This document shows, one piece after another, positions 29,624 through 37,849 of a stretch of 64,000 bases of DNA. The stretch covers positions 5,834 to 69,833 of IMG/VR virus record IMGVR_UViG_3300046531_000473. The stretch is one strand, 5' to 3'. Both the position numbers and the translations under genes were made by a program. Numbering within the stretch: position 1 is the stretch's first letter; each line of letters opens with the position of its first letter. The stretch comes from a virus (lineage: Duplodnaviria > Caudoviricetes). The notes beneath the pieces were generated by a model. The model searched no databases and was not told the DNA's origin. It saw nothing but the letters and a program-made list of their open reading frames with translations.

Positions 29624-30068
29624 TGATATTGTTGCTCGTTGCAAAAAAGCTGATCATTTCTTCGATTTCACTCAAGAAGTACTTTTGCCATATCTCCCAG
29701 TTGAGAAGGCAAAAGCGTTTTTAAGAGATGACGCTGATCTATCAGGGTGGAAAGAACAACAACTCACACAAGACACTATTATCGCTGAGATGAAGGATTA
29801 CATGGAATTTGCATGGGAGAAGGTACAGGATCATCGCGGCCTAAGTACATCTCGTAGCATCGAAAAAATGGGGGCTTGGCTTTGGCTATTGGGGGATGAG
29901 GAAACGCTGTCCTTTGCTGAGTCAAATGAGAACTATGCCCAGTACGGTGCTCCAATTCTCAAAAGAATATGCGAAAAGTATGGCTTTTCGGTTCCAATAG
30001 GCGAAGACATAGACAATATGGCAAAAGGCAAACCATGTAGCTATGGATGCAAAGGATGCGGTGCATGA
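29610..30068 (+). CDS. Conserved phage hypothetical protein
   Basis: DYMEFAWEKVQDHRGLSTSRSIEKM..W.WL. Confidence 0.7.
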   Translation: MRTHDDIVARCKKADHFFDFTQEVLLPYLPVEKAKAFLRDDADLSGWKEQQLTQDTIIAEMKDYMEFAWEKVQDHRGLSTSRSIEKMGAWLWLLGDEETLSFAESNENYAQYGAPILKRICEKYGFSVPIGEDIDNMAKGKPCSYGCKGCGA

Positions 30069-30078
30069 CACAAAGAAA

Positions 30079-30107
30079 GCCCGACGTTTGATTAAGAGAC
30101 ATCGGGC
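30079..30107. terminator. Hairpin at a convergent junction (copy 1)
   Basis: GCCCGACG...CATCGGGC flanked by A- and T-rich tracts. Confidence 0.6.
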
Positions 30108-30117
30108 AATTTTGAAA

Positions 30118-30459
30118 CTATCCTATGAATTCCCGCCAAATGTCCATAAGATCCTCGTGGCTGGCGTCTTCATCAGCGTAGAGGCATATCCCGACCTCAT
30201 GCCAGAATATCTGCTCTGAGGCGTTGGCACTCGTGCGCCCTCGGCGGCCAACTAAACGTCGTCGGTACAGCTCAGGGATGCTCTCTTTGTCATATTTCGA
30301 GCTGAAGCCAAAGAGAGCATTGAGGATATCTGTAGAACGAGATGGGTCATATTGCCGCACCATCTCTCTCCACTCTGGGACATTTGCATCAAAAACAGCG
30401 ATACCTTTGAGTACTCTATTCCTTAATTCCTGATTGAATTGCGCATTCATGCTTTTCAC
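30118..30459 (-). CDS. Hypothetical protein
   Basis: 113 aa. Confidence 0.5.
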   Translation of the reverse strand: MKSMNAQFNQELRNRVLKGIAVFDANVPEWREMVRQYDPSRSTDILNALFGFSSKYDKESIPELYRRRLVGRRGRTSANASEQIFWHEVGICLYADEDASHEDLMDIWREFIG

Positions 30460-30467
30460 CTTCCTTG

Positions 30468-30929
30468 CTAATTTCTTGTCTCTAAAACAATCTGAGCCTG
30501 TCTATGGCGTCTAGGATGCAATGACCTGAAAGGCTCATCGACCTCTTCAGGTTCAGGCTGACTGCCGTCCTCATTGGGAACATACGGACCTTCAGCGATG
30601 ATCTTACGTAACGTCTCAATGGACATGGCTTTGCATTCTTCCGTCCATTGATAATCAGCACGGGTCTCTGCTAATGCCGATCTCTCGGCTTGCTCACGGT
30701 CGTACTGAGCAGCTTCTTCAGACGTTTCCTGCTTGATCCCAAATTGAGACCAATCTAATTTTGTCATCTCTTTTATAATCTCCTTATCTGTTGGATCGCT
30801 CACCCCTCGTTTTTCAAGACTCTTCATGGCCTCATCGAACTCGGGGCCTGACAATGAGACAACTCGCCGTGGATATTGTCCTCTTGCTGCATTTCTATTC
30901 TTCGGCTGGCCTCCCTTTCTCTTTTGCAT
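30468..30929 (-). CDS. Hypothetical protein with basic AT-hook-like N-terminus
   Basis: KRKGGQPKNRNA. Confidence 0.6.
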   Translation of the reverse strand: MQKRKGGQPKNRNAARGQYPRRVVSLSGPEFDEAMKSLEKRGVSDPTDKEIIKEMTKLDWSQFGIKQETSEEAAQYDREQAERSALAETRADYQWTEECKAMSIETLRKIIAEGPYVPNEDGSQPEPEEVDEPFRSLHPRRHRQAQIVLETRN

Positions 30930-31273
30930 TATTTACTCAATCCTTTGACGCGCCATACAATACTATATTGATCTGGGGATATTTGCGCTCTGAGCGGCGG
31001 AATTTCCTTCCTCAGCACCTCAGTGATGTCCTCTTGATATTGAGGAGGAGTACCAATCTGGATGCGCCTCCCTTCTATCCAAATTTTTGCATCCGTTTTC
31101 TCATTGATTGCCTTTTCAATGAGTTTCCTCATTTCCTGCGCATAGGGTGCAGGGAGCCCTTCACTTACGAGGATATTGACATTCTCTTCAGCCCAATCAA
31201 TGGCCTCATTTCGGATATCAGAGCCCCACTTCACTTGCTTTTCAGATCCAATCAATTGTGGTAACATTTTCAT
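30929..31273 (-). CDS. Hypothetical protein
   Basis: LPQLIGSEKQVKWGSDIR motif seen in many phage proteins; start moved to 31273. Confidence 0.7.
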   Translation of the reverse strand: MKMLPQLIGSEKQVKWGSDIRNEAIDWAEENVNILVSEGLPAPYAQEMRKLIEKAINEKTDAKIWIEGRRIQIGTPPQYQEDITEVLRKEIPPLRAQISPDQYSIVWRVKGLSK

Positions 31274-31311
31274 GTCCTTTCGTGTGTGTTCAATTAACTT
31301 TCTATGATTGG

Positions 31312-31340
31312 ATTGTAACACACGAAGATGGCTTTGTCAA
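31312..31340 (-). promoter_or_regulatory. sigma70-type leftward promoter
   Basis: TTGACA-17-TACAAT. Confidence 0.8.
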
Positions 31341-31419
31341 GGCTTTCTTTTCACCAACTTTTGCATCTCGGTGAACTCGCTATCGCCTGTATTGCAGCAT
31401 TGCAGAAGGCAAAAAGATA

Positions 31420-31448
31420 GCCCGACGCTCAATGAAGAGACATCGGGC
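31420..31448 (-). terminator. Hairpin (copy 2) after the HAD gene
   Basis: GCCCGACG...CATCGGGC, followed by a T-tract on the minus strand. Confidence 0.6.
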
Positions 31449-31453
31449 AATTG

Positions 31454-31924
31454 CTACTGAGCGAAGTACTTGTCAGCCAACATGAAGCGACATTGAGCAG
31501 CATTAGCCGCATCATTGTCCTCTTTGCGATCACCAACATATAGCGTCTCTTCTGGCGATACAGCAAAGTTATGCATGGCATCTAGCAGCATTCCTGGCCC
31601 TGGCTTGCGATTGATGCTATCAAATTTATACTTCTCAATAGAGGCTTTCGGGTGATCGAAGCAGATGTGCACATCTCTATCGGCTATGCCTGCTTCTCTG
31701 CACATCTTCATTAACTCCTCAATAATGTCTGTAGCATTCATGTATCCGAATGCCACACCGCCTTGATTTGTGGCAATTGCCACGCCGATGCCTTGCGCAA
31801 TGAGACTCTTGACCTTCTCAAGACGACCAGGGAGCCATTGCCAGTCATCGGCGCTCTTGCGGAATGCTGCGCCTGATTTGGTTGAAACTAAAGTCCCATC
31901 AACATCAAAGATACATAGTTTCAC
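31454..31924 (-). CDS. HAD-IIIA phosphatase (polynucleotide 3'-phosphatase/GmhB-like)
   Basis: FDVDGTL, TNQGG, RKPGPGM, YVGDRKED; TKSG..F...ADDW resembles PNK 3'-phosphatases. Confidence 0.85.
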   Translation of the reverse strand: MKLCIFDVDGTLVSTKSGAAFRKSADDWQWLPGRLEKVKSLIAQGIGVAIATNQGGVAFGYMNATDIIEELMKMCREAGIADRDVHICFDHPKASIEKYKFDSINRKPGPGMLLDAMHNFAVSPEETLYVGDRKEDNDAANAAQCRFMLADKYFAQ

Positions 31925-32307
31925 GTTGCCTCCTGAAGCGCAACTCTAATAGCCTCACGCTCTGCTTCAAAATCCTTGCTGTTGGGTCCACTTGCACGTA
32001 GACGATACTTCGCCAGCGTGATTGCCTCTACTTGATCCTGAGAGAGGCCAGATCGCTCTAGTTCAATTTGAACCTGAGAAAGATACACACGCTTTCCTCG
32101 TGACGCTAGGCAACAGGCATAGTACACGAGATCTGGCCATTCCTCTTCAGGATGATCGGATTGTTGAAGTTCCTCTTGCTCGTGCTCATATTTCTCAATG
32201 AGCACATCAACATCCTGTAATTCTCGCATGCCACGAACGTGGAACGCGATTTCTTTGGCAAGACGTACTATTTCTCCCGAAAAATCTGCTGAAAACTGAT
32301 ACGACAT
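31921..32307 (-). CDS. Hypothetical protein (MazG/dUTPase-like helical fold possible)
   Basis: E.EEL...EEWPDLVYY...AKYRLRA. Confidence 0.5.
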   Translation of the reverse strand: MSYQFSADFSGEIVRLAKEIAFHVRGMRELQDVDVLIEKYEHEQEELQQSDHPEEEWPDLVYYACCLASRGKRVYLSQVQIELERSGLSQDQVEAITLAKYRLRASGPNSKDFEAEREAIRVALQEAT

Positions 32308-32334
32308 AATTTCTCCTTCTTTCTTATCCAAGAC

Positions 32335-32631
32335 TTACAGATTCTCAGGATCAAGGACCTCAAAAAGACCCACTGATCCACTATCAAGTCTGTCTGAATC
32401 TGCTCTCATGCTAAAAGCAGAACTCAAAGCCTTGGCAACAATTTCAAGATGAATGTTGGGAGAATAATCTCTCCCAACACACTTCTCTTTGATGATAGAA
32501 AGAGACTCCGATCGAACTTGATCTCTCGCATCCTCTGCTGAAATTGCACTGATGATCAAAACATCTTTCCTGTGATAGATATCCACAGGATCATTTTTTA
32601 TTGAAACATACACAACGAATTGGGTTTGCAT
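32335..32631 (-). CDS. Hypothetical protein
   Basis: 98 aa, RBS AGAAAGAGG. Confidence 0.55.
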   Translation of the reverse strand: MQTQFVVYVSIKNDPVDIYHRKDVLIISAISAEDARDQVRSESLSIIKEKCVGRDYSPNIHLEIVAKALSSAFSMRADSDRLDSGSVGLFEVLDPENL

Positions 32632-32717
32632 TTGAATCCTCTTTCTTGTTTATCAAGCCAACAATTGACTTGCGCCTGCCGACTACTCACACAATCGGCA
32701 GAGACTAATCAACTAAA

Positions 32718-33007
32718 TTAATACCGTGCGAACTGACGTACACCGATGATCTTGCCCTCGACGCGATAGGCTGTTGGACCTGTATCAGGTGCCAAGATGT
32801 CGATACGTCCGCTAACAGCCTGAGCTACTGGCATACTCACCAGGATCAAGATTCCATCCTGTGGATCAGGAAGACCTTCGATTTTCCCAAATTTCGTCTG
32901 AAAGATCTTAATTCCTTCTACTTCTCCGATCTGCTAGGATACTCGCGGATAATTTGATTGTCCGCATCGACAACAGTAATGGTGTGTGGTGTAAGATTAA
33001 TGATCAT
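32718..33007 (-). pseudogene. Frameshifted small phage gene with N-terminal INLTPH motif
   Basis: MIINLTPHTITVV...EYPS in one frame; GEVEGIKIF...EGLPDPQDG..LVS...DILAPD...GKIIGVRQF* in another. Confidence 0.75.
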
Positions 33008-33035
33008 CTTGTCGGCCTTTCTGCTTTTGAGCTAT

Positions 33036-33092
33036 TCGGGTAATTTCACCCGAGACCGCGTACTACCTTCGCAATACGCGGGAACCGATGAA
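33036..33092 (-). ncRNA. Structured leader motif, copy A
   Basis: UUCAUCGGUUC, an 11-bp stem, UCU, then a CGGGU...ACCCG stem; homologous to the copies at 42.9-43.6 kb. Confidence 0.75.
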
Positions 33093-33112
33093 CTACTCGT
33101 GAGACTGTATAA

Positions 33113-33304
33113 CTATTGTCTCTGCCGCGCCCAGAACTGGCGATTTTTCAGCTCGTCGCGGGCTGCTCCGTACGTGTGATTGCCTTCGTAATCCTCGCCT
33201 CTATCCGCCCAGAGCCTGCCCTTCTGTGATAGCATAATCTCAGCAAGCTCTTTTTCAGCCTGCACTTCCATCTCCCTCGCTAGGGTGTCCCTGTTTTTGT
33301 CCAT
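33113..33304 (-). CDS. Hypothetical protein
   Basis: MDKNRDTLAREME...; RBS AGAAAGG. Confidence 0.45.
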   Translation of the reverse strand: MDKNRDTLAREMEVQAEKELAEIMLSQKGRLWADRGEDYEGNHTYGAARDELKNRQFWARQRQ

Positions 33305-33518
33305 TTTGTTTTGCCTTTCTCTTTTGCCGATTTGCCTGATACCTTTGATACCAGACTTCAAAATCTGACTGTTCCACGATGTACATGGTCGTCAGGGGGA
33401 CTTTCTGAGCTTCGAGGCCCCATGACTTGCCTTTAAAAAAATCTCGTATTGCATTATTGAGCACGGTGTGTTTGATCCCATACTCAGATGCATAGTACGA
33501 GACCGGATGATTACTCAT
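33255..33518 (-). CDS. HTH-like small DNA-binding protein
   Basis: VSYYASEYGIKHTVLNNAIR...YIVEQSDFEVW (excisionase/MerR-like layout). Confidence 0.6.
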   Translation of the reverse strand: MSNHPVSYYASEYGIKHTVLNNAIRDFFKGKSWGLEAQKVPLTTMYIVEQSDFEVWYQRYQANRQKRKAKQNGQKQGHPSEGDGSAG

Positions 33519-33942
33519 GAAATTGCTTCAGCTTCTTGACGACTTCATTAAGAAAGCCGGACTTGTGGAGCGCCTTCTTAATTGCCGTTGCTTTATCACT
33601 TTCGGCGGCAAGGCAGCGCTTTGCGTCGTGGAACGTCCATTTATCTTGCCCGTATATCGTGTCCCGTTTGAGAGTCATCGACTCTCCATGAGCCTCAAAG
33701 ACTTCTCTCGTTGCCTTTTCGAGATCCTCTAGAGGAATTTCCGTTTTATTGTTATTATCCACCGCAAGCTCAGGACGCCTCTTCAGAAGGTTCCTGACAT
33801 CCTCACGATCGAACTGATTAAACGTTGTATCTGAGCGATTTTCTCCTTCATAGTCATACGTAACTACAAAATTACCGTCTTGGAGACTCTCAACGCTTAG
33901 AATTATCTCCTCTGGGAGATTGTGATTCCCGACGTTAATCAT
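33511..33942 (-). CDS. Hypothetical acidic protein
   Basis: 143 aa, first gene after the promoter. Confidence 0.6.
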   Translation of the reverse strand: MINVGNHNLPEEIILSVESLQDGNFVVTYDYEGENRSDTTFNQFDREDVRNLLKRRPELAVDNNNKTEIPLEDLEKATREVFEAHGESMTLKRDTIYGQDKWTFHDAKRCLAAESDKATAIKKALHKSGFLNEVVKKLKQFHE

Positions 33943-33991
33943 CGTCTGTTCCTTTCTGTCATCCCGTAAGCCTCAATTAACTTACAATCCT

Positions 33992-34020
33992 AGTATAGCT
34001 CCAACGGTTGGAGTTGTCAA
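33992..34020 (-). promoter_or_regulatory. sigma70 promoter with palindromic operator in the spacer
   Basis: TTGACA-17-TATACT; spacer contains CTCCAAC-N-GTTGGAG (33999-34013). Confidence 0.85.
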
Positions 34021-34324
34021 TAGGCATAAGGTGTAATTGAGGCGATTTTTAGATTGCCTATCGTCTCGTTAGTACACGTAATGCACAAATATTGCACCCA
34101 ACGACATAACAGCAACACGGTGTAACGGTGACACCGTCGAGTACCGAGAGCCTCAGAGCGACAACACTCTAAAGCTGCTGCACGTTCAAACAGTATTGCT
34201 GCGGAACAGTGAAACTTTGGAACTGTGTTGCAGTCACAAAGGTTGCCCCTAGACGCAAAAAAGGACCGCGCCAATTTCTAGCACGGCCATGATGATGTTG
34301 CTGTTATGCTTCTTAAATGCTTTA

Positions 34325-34528
34325 TTAATTGTATGGTACAATATGCTCTTTCAAAAACCATTCTAACGACTCTACGAGAGCACAGAATGATTCTCTATTG
34401 ATATCTACGCCTACATGATAACCTTGCTTGTTCAGCAATATCTCTGCTTGTCTGATATCTACGCTTCCGCATTGACTGAAGAGTTTTCGCGTATTCTCGT
34501 CAATCTTATCGAATATATCGTATCTCAT
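34325..34528 (-). CDS. Hypothetical protein
   Basis: 67 aa, coupled to neighbours. Confidence 0.45.
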   Translation of the reverse strand: MRYDIFDKIDENTRKLFSQCGSVDIRQAEILLNKQGYHVGVDINRESFCALVESLEWFLKEHIVPYN

Positions 34529-34944
34529 TAATCAATGACACCTTTCACACCTGTAATATCACTGTTGATCGCATTGTAACCACTGACATTGATATTCTCA
34601 GGAACTTTGATAACAACATAGAGATCCGTTGTCGCTTGTGTCTTCATGACGCCACCATCAAAATGCTGTGTTACATTCTGATTATCACCAATGCACATGC
34701 CTTGTATTGTGCCACTTGTTGTTATGTTGTACTTAGGGTTTTGCTTGACAAGAACCGTGATAGCTGTTATATCTTTCTTCTGCACGAAAGATATCTCGTG
34801 TGCAAAACGCTCAGGGTTGTTGGTGCTAATCTCGATATTCTGTTGTTCATCACTGCCGATAACCTGAAAAACTATCGGTGAGTTGTTGATTACCAGCATT
34901 AGCGTTGAGGTTGCTGGTAGTGTGTGAATGAGTGTTCTAGCCAT
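34528..34944 (-). CDS. Hypothetical protein
   Basis: 138 aa, RBS GAAAGGA. Confidence 0.55.
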   Translation of the reverse strand: MARTLIHTLPATSTLMLVINNSPIVFQVIGSDEQQNIEISTNNPERFAHEISFVQKKDITAITVLVKQNPKYNITTSGTIQGMCIGDNQNVTQHFDGGVMKTQATTDLYVVIKVPENINVSGYNAINSDITGVKGVID

Positions 34945-34959
34945 GTCGTGGTCCTTTCG

Positions 34960-35538
34960 TCACTTCTTGATATTGATGCTAACTGAAGAATTACCACCTG
35001 CATCTTGTATTGTCCCGTCTTCTCCGATCTTTACAGGATAGGAGAATGCTAAGGCATCAGGTTCGCTGTACACCGGATCAATCTCAGAGCCTCCGCCTGG
35101 AAGAGTTCGAATGCAAAGCACCCAAGTGGCTGTTGAGGTACCAGTGTACAAACCATTGGGCTCTGCTTGAGGAATTACAGTATTTCCTCCGTACTGGCTA
35201 TGATCCGGCTGTACCTGAGAAGGATTCGTGAGCTGTGTTGTGTACGGTATTGGGTATCCTCTGCTAGGGCACACGAATACAGGTTTCCCCATACTGTATA
35301 TCACTGTCCATGTGTTTGTGAGCTTCATACGAGCATCGTAAATCTGCTGAAGCTCGTCACGCTCTGGTGAGTAATCATACTTGTGAAGTGGCTGGTTGTT
35401 GGCATACGTCGTTTGTTGATCGTTAACTTGATTTGACTCTGATGATGTTTGTGCAGGTGTATAATCGCAAGCACTTGCGGACAACACGATGCACAACAGG
35501 ATCAGCCATGGCGTAATCATAAATGCTTTATTTTTCAC
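34960..35538 (-). CDS. Phage lipoprotein
   Basis: Signal peptide with lipobox (LSASAC); SPERDEL, GYPIPYTTQLTNP, QAEPNGLY. Confidence 0.8.
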   Translation of the reverse strand: MKNKAFMITPWLILLCIVLSASACDYTPAQTSSESNQVNDQQTTYANNQPLHKYDYSPERDELQQIYDARMKLTNTWTVIYSMGKPVFVCPSRGYPIPYTTQLTNPSQVQPDHSQYGGNTVIPQAEPNGLYTGTSTATWVLCIRTLPGGGSEIDPVYSEPDALAFSYPVKIGEDGTIQDAGGNSSVSINIKK

Positions 35539-35548
35539 GTTTGTCTCC

Positions 35549-36040
35549 TTATCTTACTGGAAACTGCACAAAGAAGCCTTGCAGCTCTGGCATGTCTTTG
35601 ACAATTTCAGGACGTGAGCACTCAGAAGCATCAAGAGCATTGTAGATGTCACGTGCATTTTGTTTCTCTTGCGCTTTGAGTTGTGTCTTCAGTGTCTGAT
35701 CTTGTGTTGATGCAATGTCAACATTGTTGTTCGATATGGCATCAAGATCGTTGCTGATCCTTGCCTTGTTCGATACCAAGTATTGCATGCTACACGTTGT
35801 AACATGGCGTTCACTGTTTGCTAGAGGAACTGCAAGATGATAATTGTACCATACTGCAAAGCCTGTACTGCCGATAGTGAATAGTACTGCAAGTGCCATA
35901 GTCACCAGGCACCCCATGCTTAGCCCTAGGAATGTTGTTTGGTCTTCATTCACGATAAATCTCCTCATGCTCAATATGAGCACTATATTCGAGCCTCTTG
36001 ACTCGCCTCTGCCAAGCTTTTCAGACTTGGCAAAAGCCAA
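35549..36040 (-). CDS. Single-pass membrane protein with coiled C-terminus (partner of the lipoprotein)
   Basis: Hydrophobic segment LVTMALAVLFTIGSTGFAVWY; true start uncertain. Confidence 0.6.
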   Translation of the reverse strand: MAFAKSEKLGRGESRGSNIVLILSMRRFIVNEDQTTFLGLSMGCLVTMALAVLFTIGSTGFAVWYNYHLAVPLANSERHVTTCSMQYLVSNKARISNDLDAISNNNVDIASTQDQTLKTQLKAQEKQNARDIYNALDASECSRPEIVKDMPELQGFFVQFPVR

Positions 36041-36046
36041 CCAGCG

Positions 36047-36427
36047 CTAGATCCAATTCAAGAGAAACTTGGCACGTAACGTCTGCATTACAAGATTATA
36101 GCTGTATTGTGAAGTACCTGGATAAATCCACCAACGCGATGCATGCGATGGCAACCTTGCTTCGTCTTCCTCTGCATAATCCTGGCCAGCTAAGAATATC
36201 AGCTCAGTGCCGTGTGCATCGCGATAATGATACTGCGCTGGTAGCGTTGCCAGCTTTGATTGCTTCGAGAATGTCATCGGACGCATATCGAATGCAAGGT
36301 GGAAGCCAATCTCTTCAAGGATTGCTGTGACTTCGCTCACTGATGGACATACGAGGCAGAACGCTTCAAGATTTGCGAGTTGTGCTATTACTTGTGCTAA
36401 CATGTTGTTTTCCTTTACTTTCGCCAT
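36047..36427 (-). CDS. Hypothetical protein
   Basis: 126 aa. Confidence 0.55.
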   Translation of the reverse strand: MAKVKENNMLAQVIAQLANLEAFCLVCPSVSEVTAILEEIGFHLAFDMRPMTFSKQSKLATLPAQYHYRDAHGTELIFLAGQDYAEEDEARLPSHASRWWIYPGTSQYSYNLVMQTLRAKFLLNWI

Positions 36428-37626
36428 GAATTCGCATCGGCTTCTACTGATGCAATGTAGGCAGCTTCATCATTATTATCTGATGAGGGAGCATAGTGTG
36501 GAATTACTTGTTCTACAGTGGATGCATGAAATTGACCGATGTAGACTTCAGAGATCAGCTTAAACCAATCATGGATACCACCGTTCCACGTAGGATATGC
36601 TCTAAATCTTCCGATGCACGAATATCCCGATGAACAATTGATATTTCCAATGCTTAGTGTCCGTGTAGCAGCACCTTGTGTACCAAAGCTGCTCTCGTGC
36701 TTGAAGAACGCCAAGGCATAAACCGGATCGATGCCATATTTGACGCCATCATCATAGAAAGTCTGGCCAGCTCCACATGCAGGGCTACCGGCATTGCAGA
36801 GGATGCTGTTGATCTTCTCTGCTGATATCGATGGTGCTCCGACCACGGAAGAGCCTGATGCATGGTTGCTGACGGGATGGTCGCTCTTGATGACAGCTGC
36901 AAGACCTGTGTACTGTGCAGCAAATGTTGCACGGCTAAACGAAGTTCGATTCGTGGACCAACTATCAACAACGCGAATATGCGAACCATCGCCACCCGTA
37001 ACTACCAAGATATGACCGTTGGGCCAATCCGCATTACGCATTGAGATAACCACTGGAGAACCACTATTTGCGACGCGCACAATGCCATCAATACCACCTT
37101 GCACAGATGTGGCATGGTAACCAAGTGACCCAACGGTTTTTGATACACTCGTGAAACCATTGAGTAATCCTAAATCAGAGCTGATTTGTTGAGCGTTGAT
37201 CTCAGCAGTTAGCGTATCCTGAAGATGGTAGTGTCCACCCGCTGCATTGAGAGCATACGTCATGGCTGCTGCGCTGCAAGAGGAATGCCACCATTCGTTG
37301 TACTCTTGCGTGGTCGTGTATGCATTTGGACTCGTTTGGTCTACTCTTGACACTGCTATGATGGGTTGCTGAGGTACTGCTTGAACCGTCTGCTGAGGTG
37401 ACGGTTTCGGTGCGATCGAATTGAATAGGGATGGGAGTTTCGACCCAGGGAAGAACCATGCAACGCCGATAATCGTAATGATAAAGAAGGCCACCTCTAC
37501 TTGCTTTACCAATCCTCTCACGAATGACTGATGCCCATCTTGCGAAATGACAACCCTCACCTCACAAGGGTTATCAGTATCCTCTTCTAATGGTTGTATT
37601 CCAACCATTCGGCTAATATAATTCAA
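36415..37626 (-). CDS. Membrane-anchored cell-wall hydrolase (C39-like peptidase plus glucosaminidase)
   Basis: TM segment; SCSAAAM...GHILVVTG...VVDSW; YGIDPVYALAFFKHESSFG...NIGNI...YPTWNGGI. Confidence 0.85.
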   Translation of the reverse strand: MNYISRMVGIQPLEEDTDNPCEVRVVISQDGHQSFVRGLVKQVEVAFFIITIIGVAWFFPGSKLPSLFNSIAPKPSPQQTVQAVPQQPIIAVSRVDQTSPNAYTTTQEYNEWWHSSCSAAAMTYALNAAGGHYHLQDTLTAEINAQQISSDLGLLNGFTSVSKTVGSLGYHATSVQGGIDGIVRVANSGSPVVISMRNADWPNGHILVVTGGDGSHIRVVDSWSTNRTSFSRATFAAQYTGLAAVIKSDHPVSNHASGSSVVGAPSISAEKINSILCNAGSPACGAGQTFYDDGVKYGIDPVYALAFFKHESSFGTQGAATRTLSIGNINCSSGYSCIGRFRAYPTWNGGIHDWFKLISEVYIGQFHASTVEQVIPHYAPSSDNNDEAAYIASVEADANSWRK

Positions 37627-37704
37627 GGTGGTTAATCTCCTATTGAATCAGTCCAGAAACGCTCTCTCGAAACAGTATTTTCCCCCTTCCAAACTTCCAA
37701 ATGA

Positions 37705-37728
37705 AGGTCTATTTTCGAAAATAGACCT
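37705..37728. repeat. Perfect 24-bp palindrome
   Basis: AGGTCTATTTTCGAAAATAGACCT. Confidence 0.95.
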
Positions 37729-37849
37729 GTTTTCAGGACATCTATGAAACCGCTTGTCAAGCCATCCCATTCTATTTTTAGAAAGGCGGTGAGAAGACAA
37801 ACGAAAAATCCTTGTCAACATCCGATCATCGTTATCCCCTGGTTTCGAT

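Noticed and set aside
36415-37626. Lysis endolysin
   Set aside because: Has a TM anchor, lies in the ATPase/membrane operon far from late genes, with no clear holin; the real lysis cassette is probably beyond the left edge
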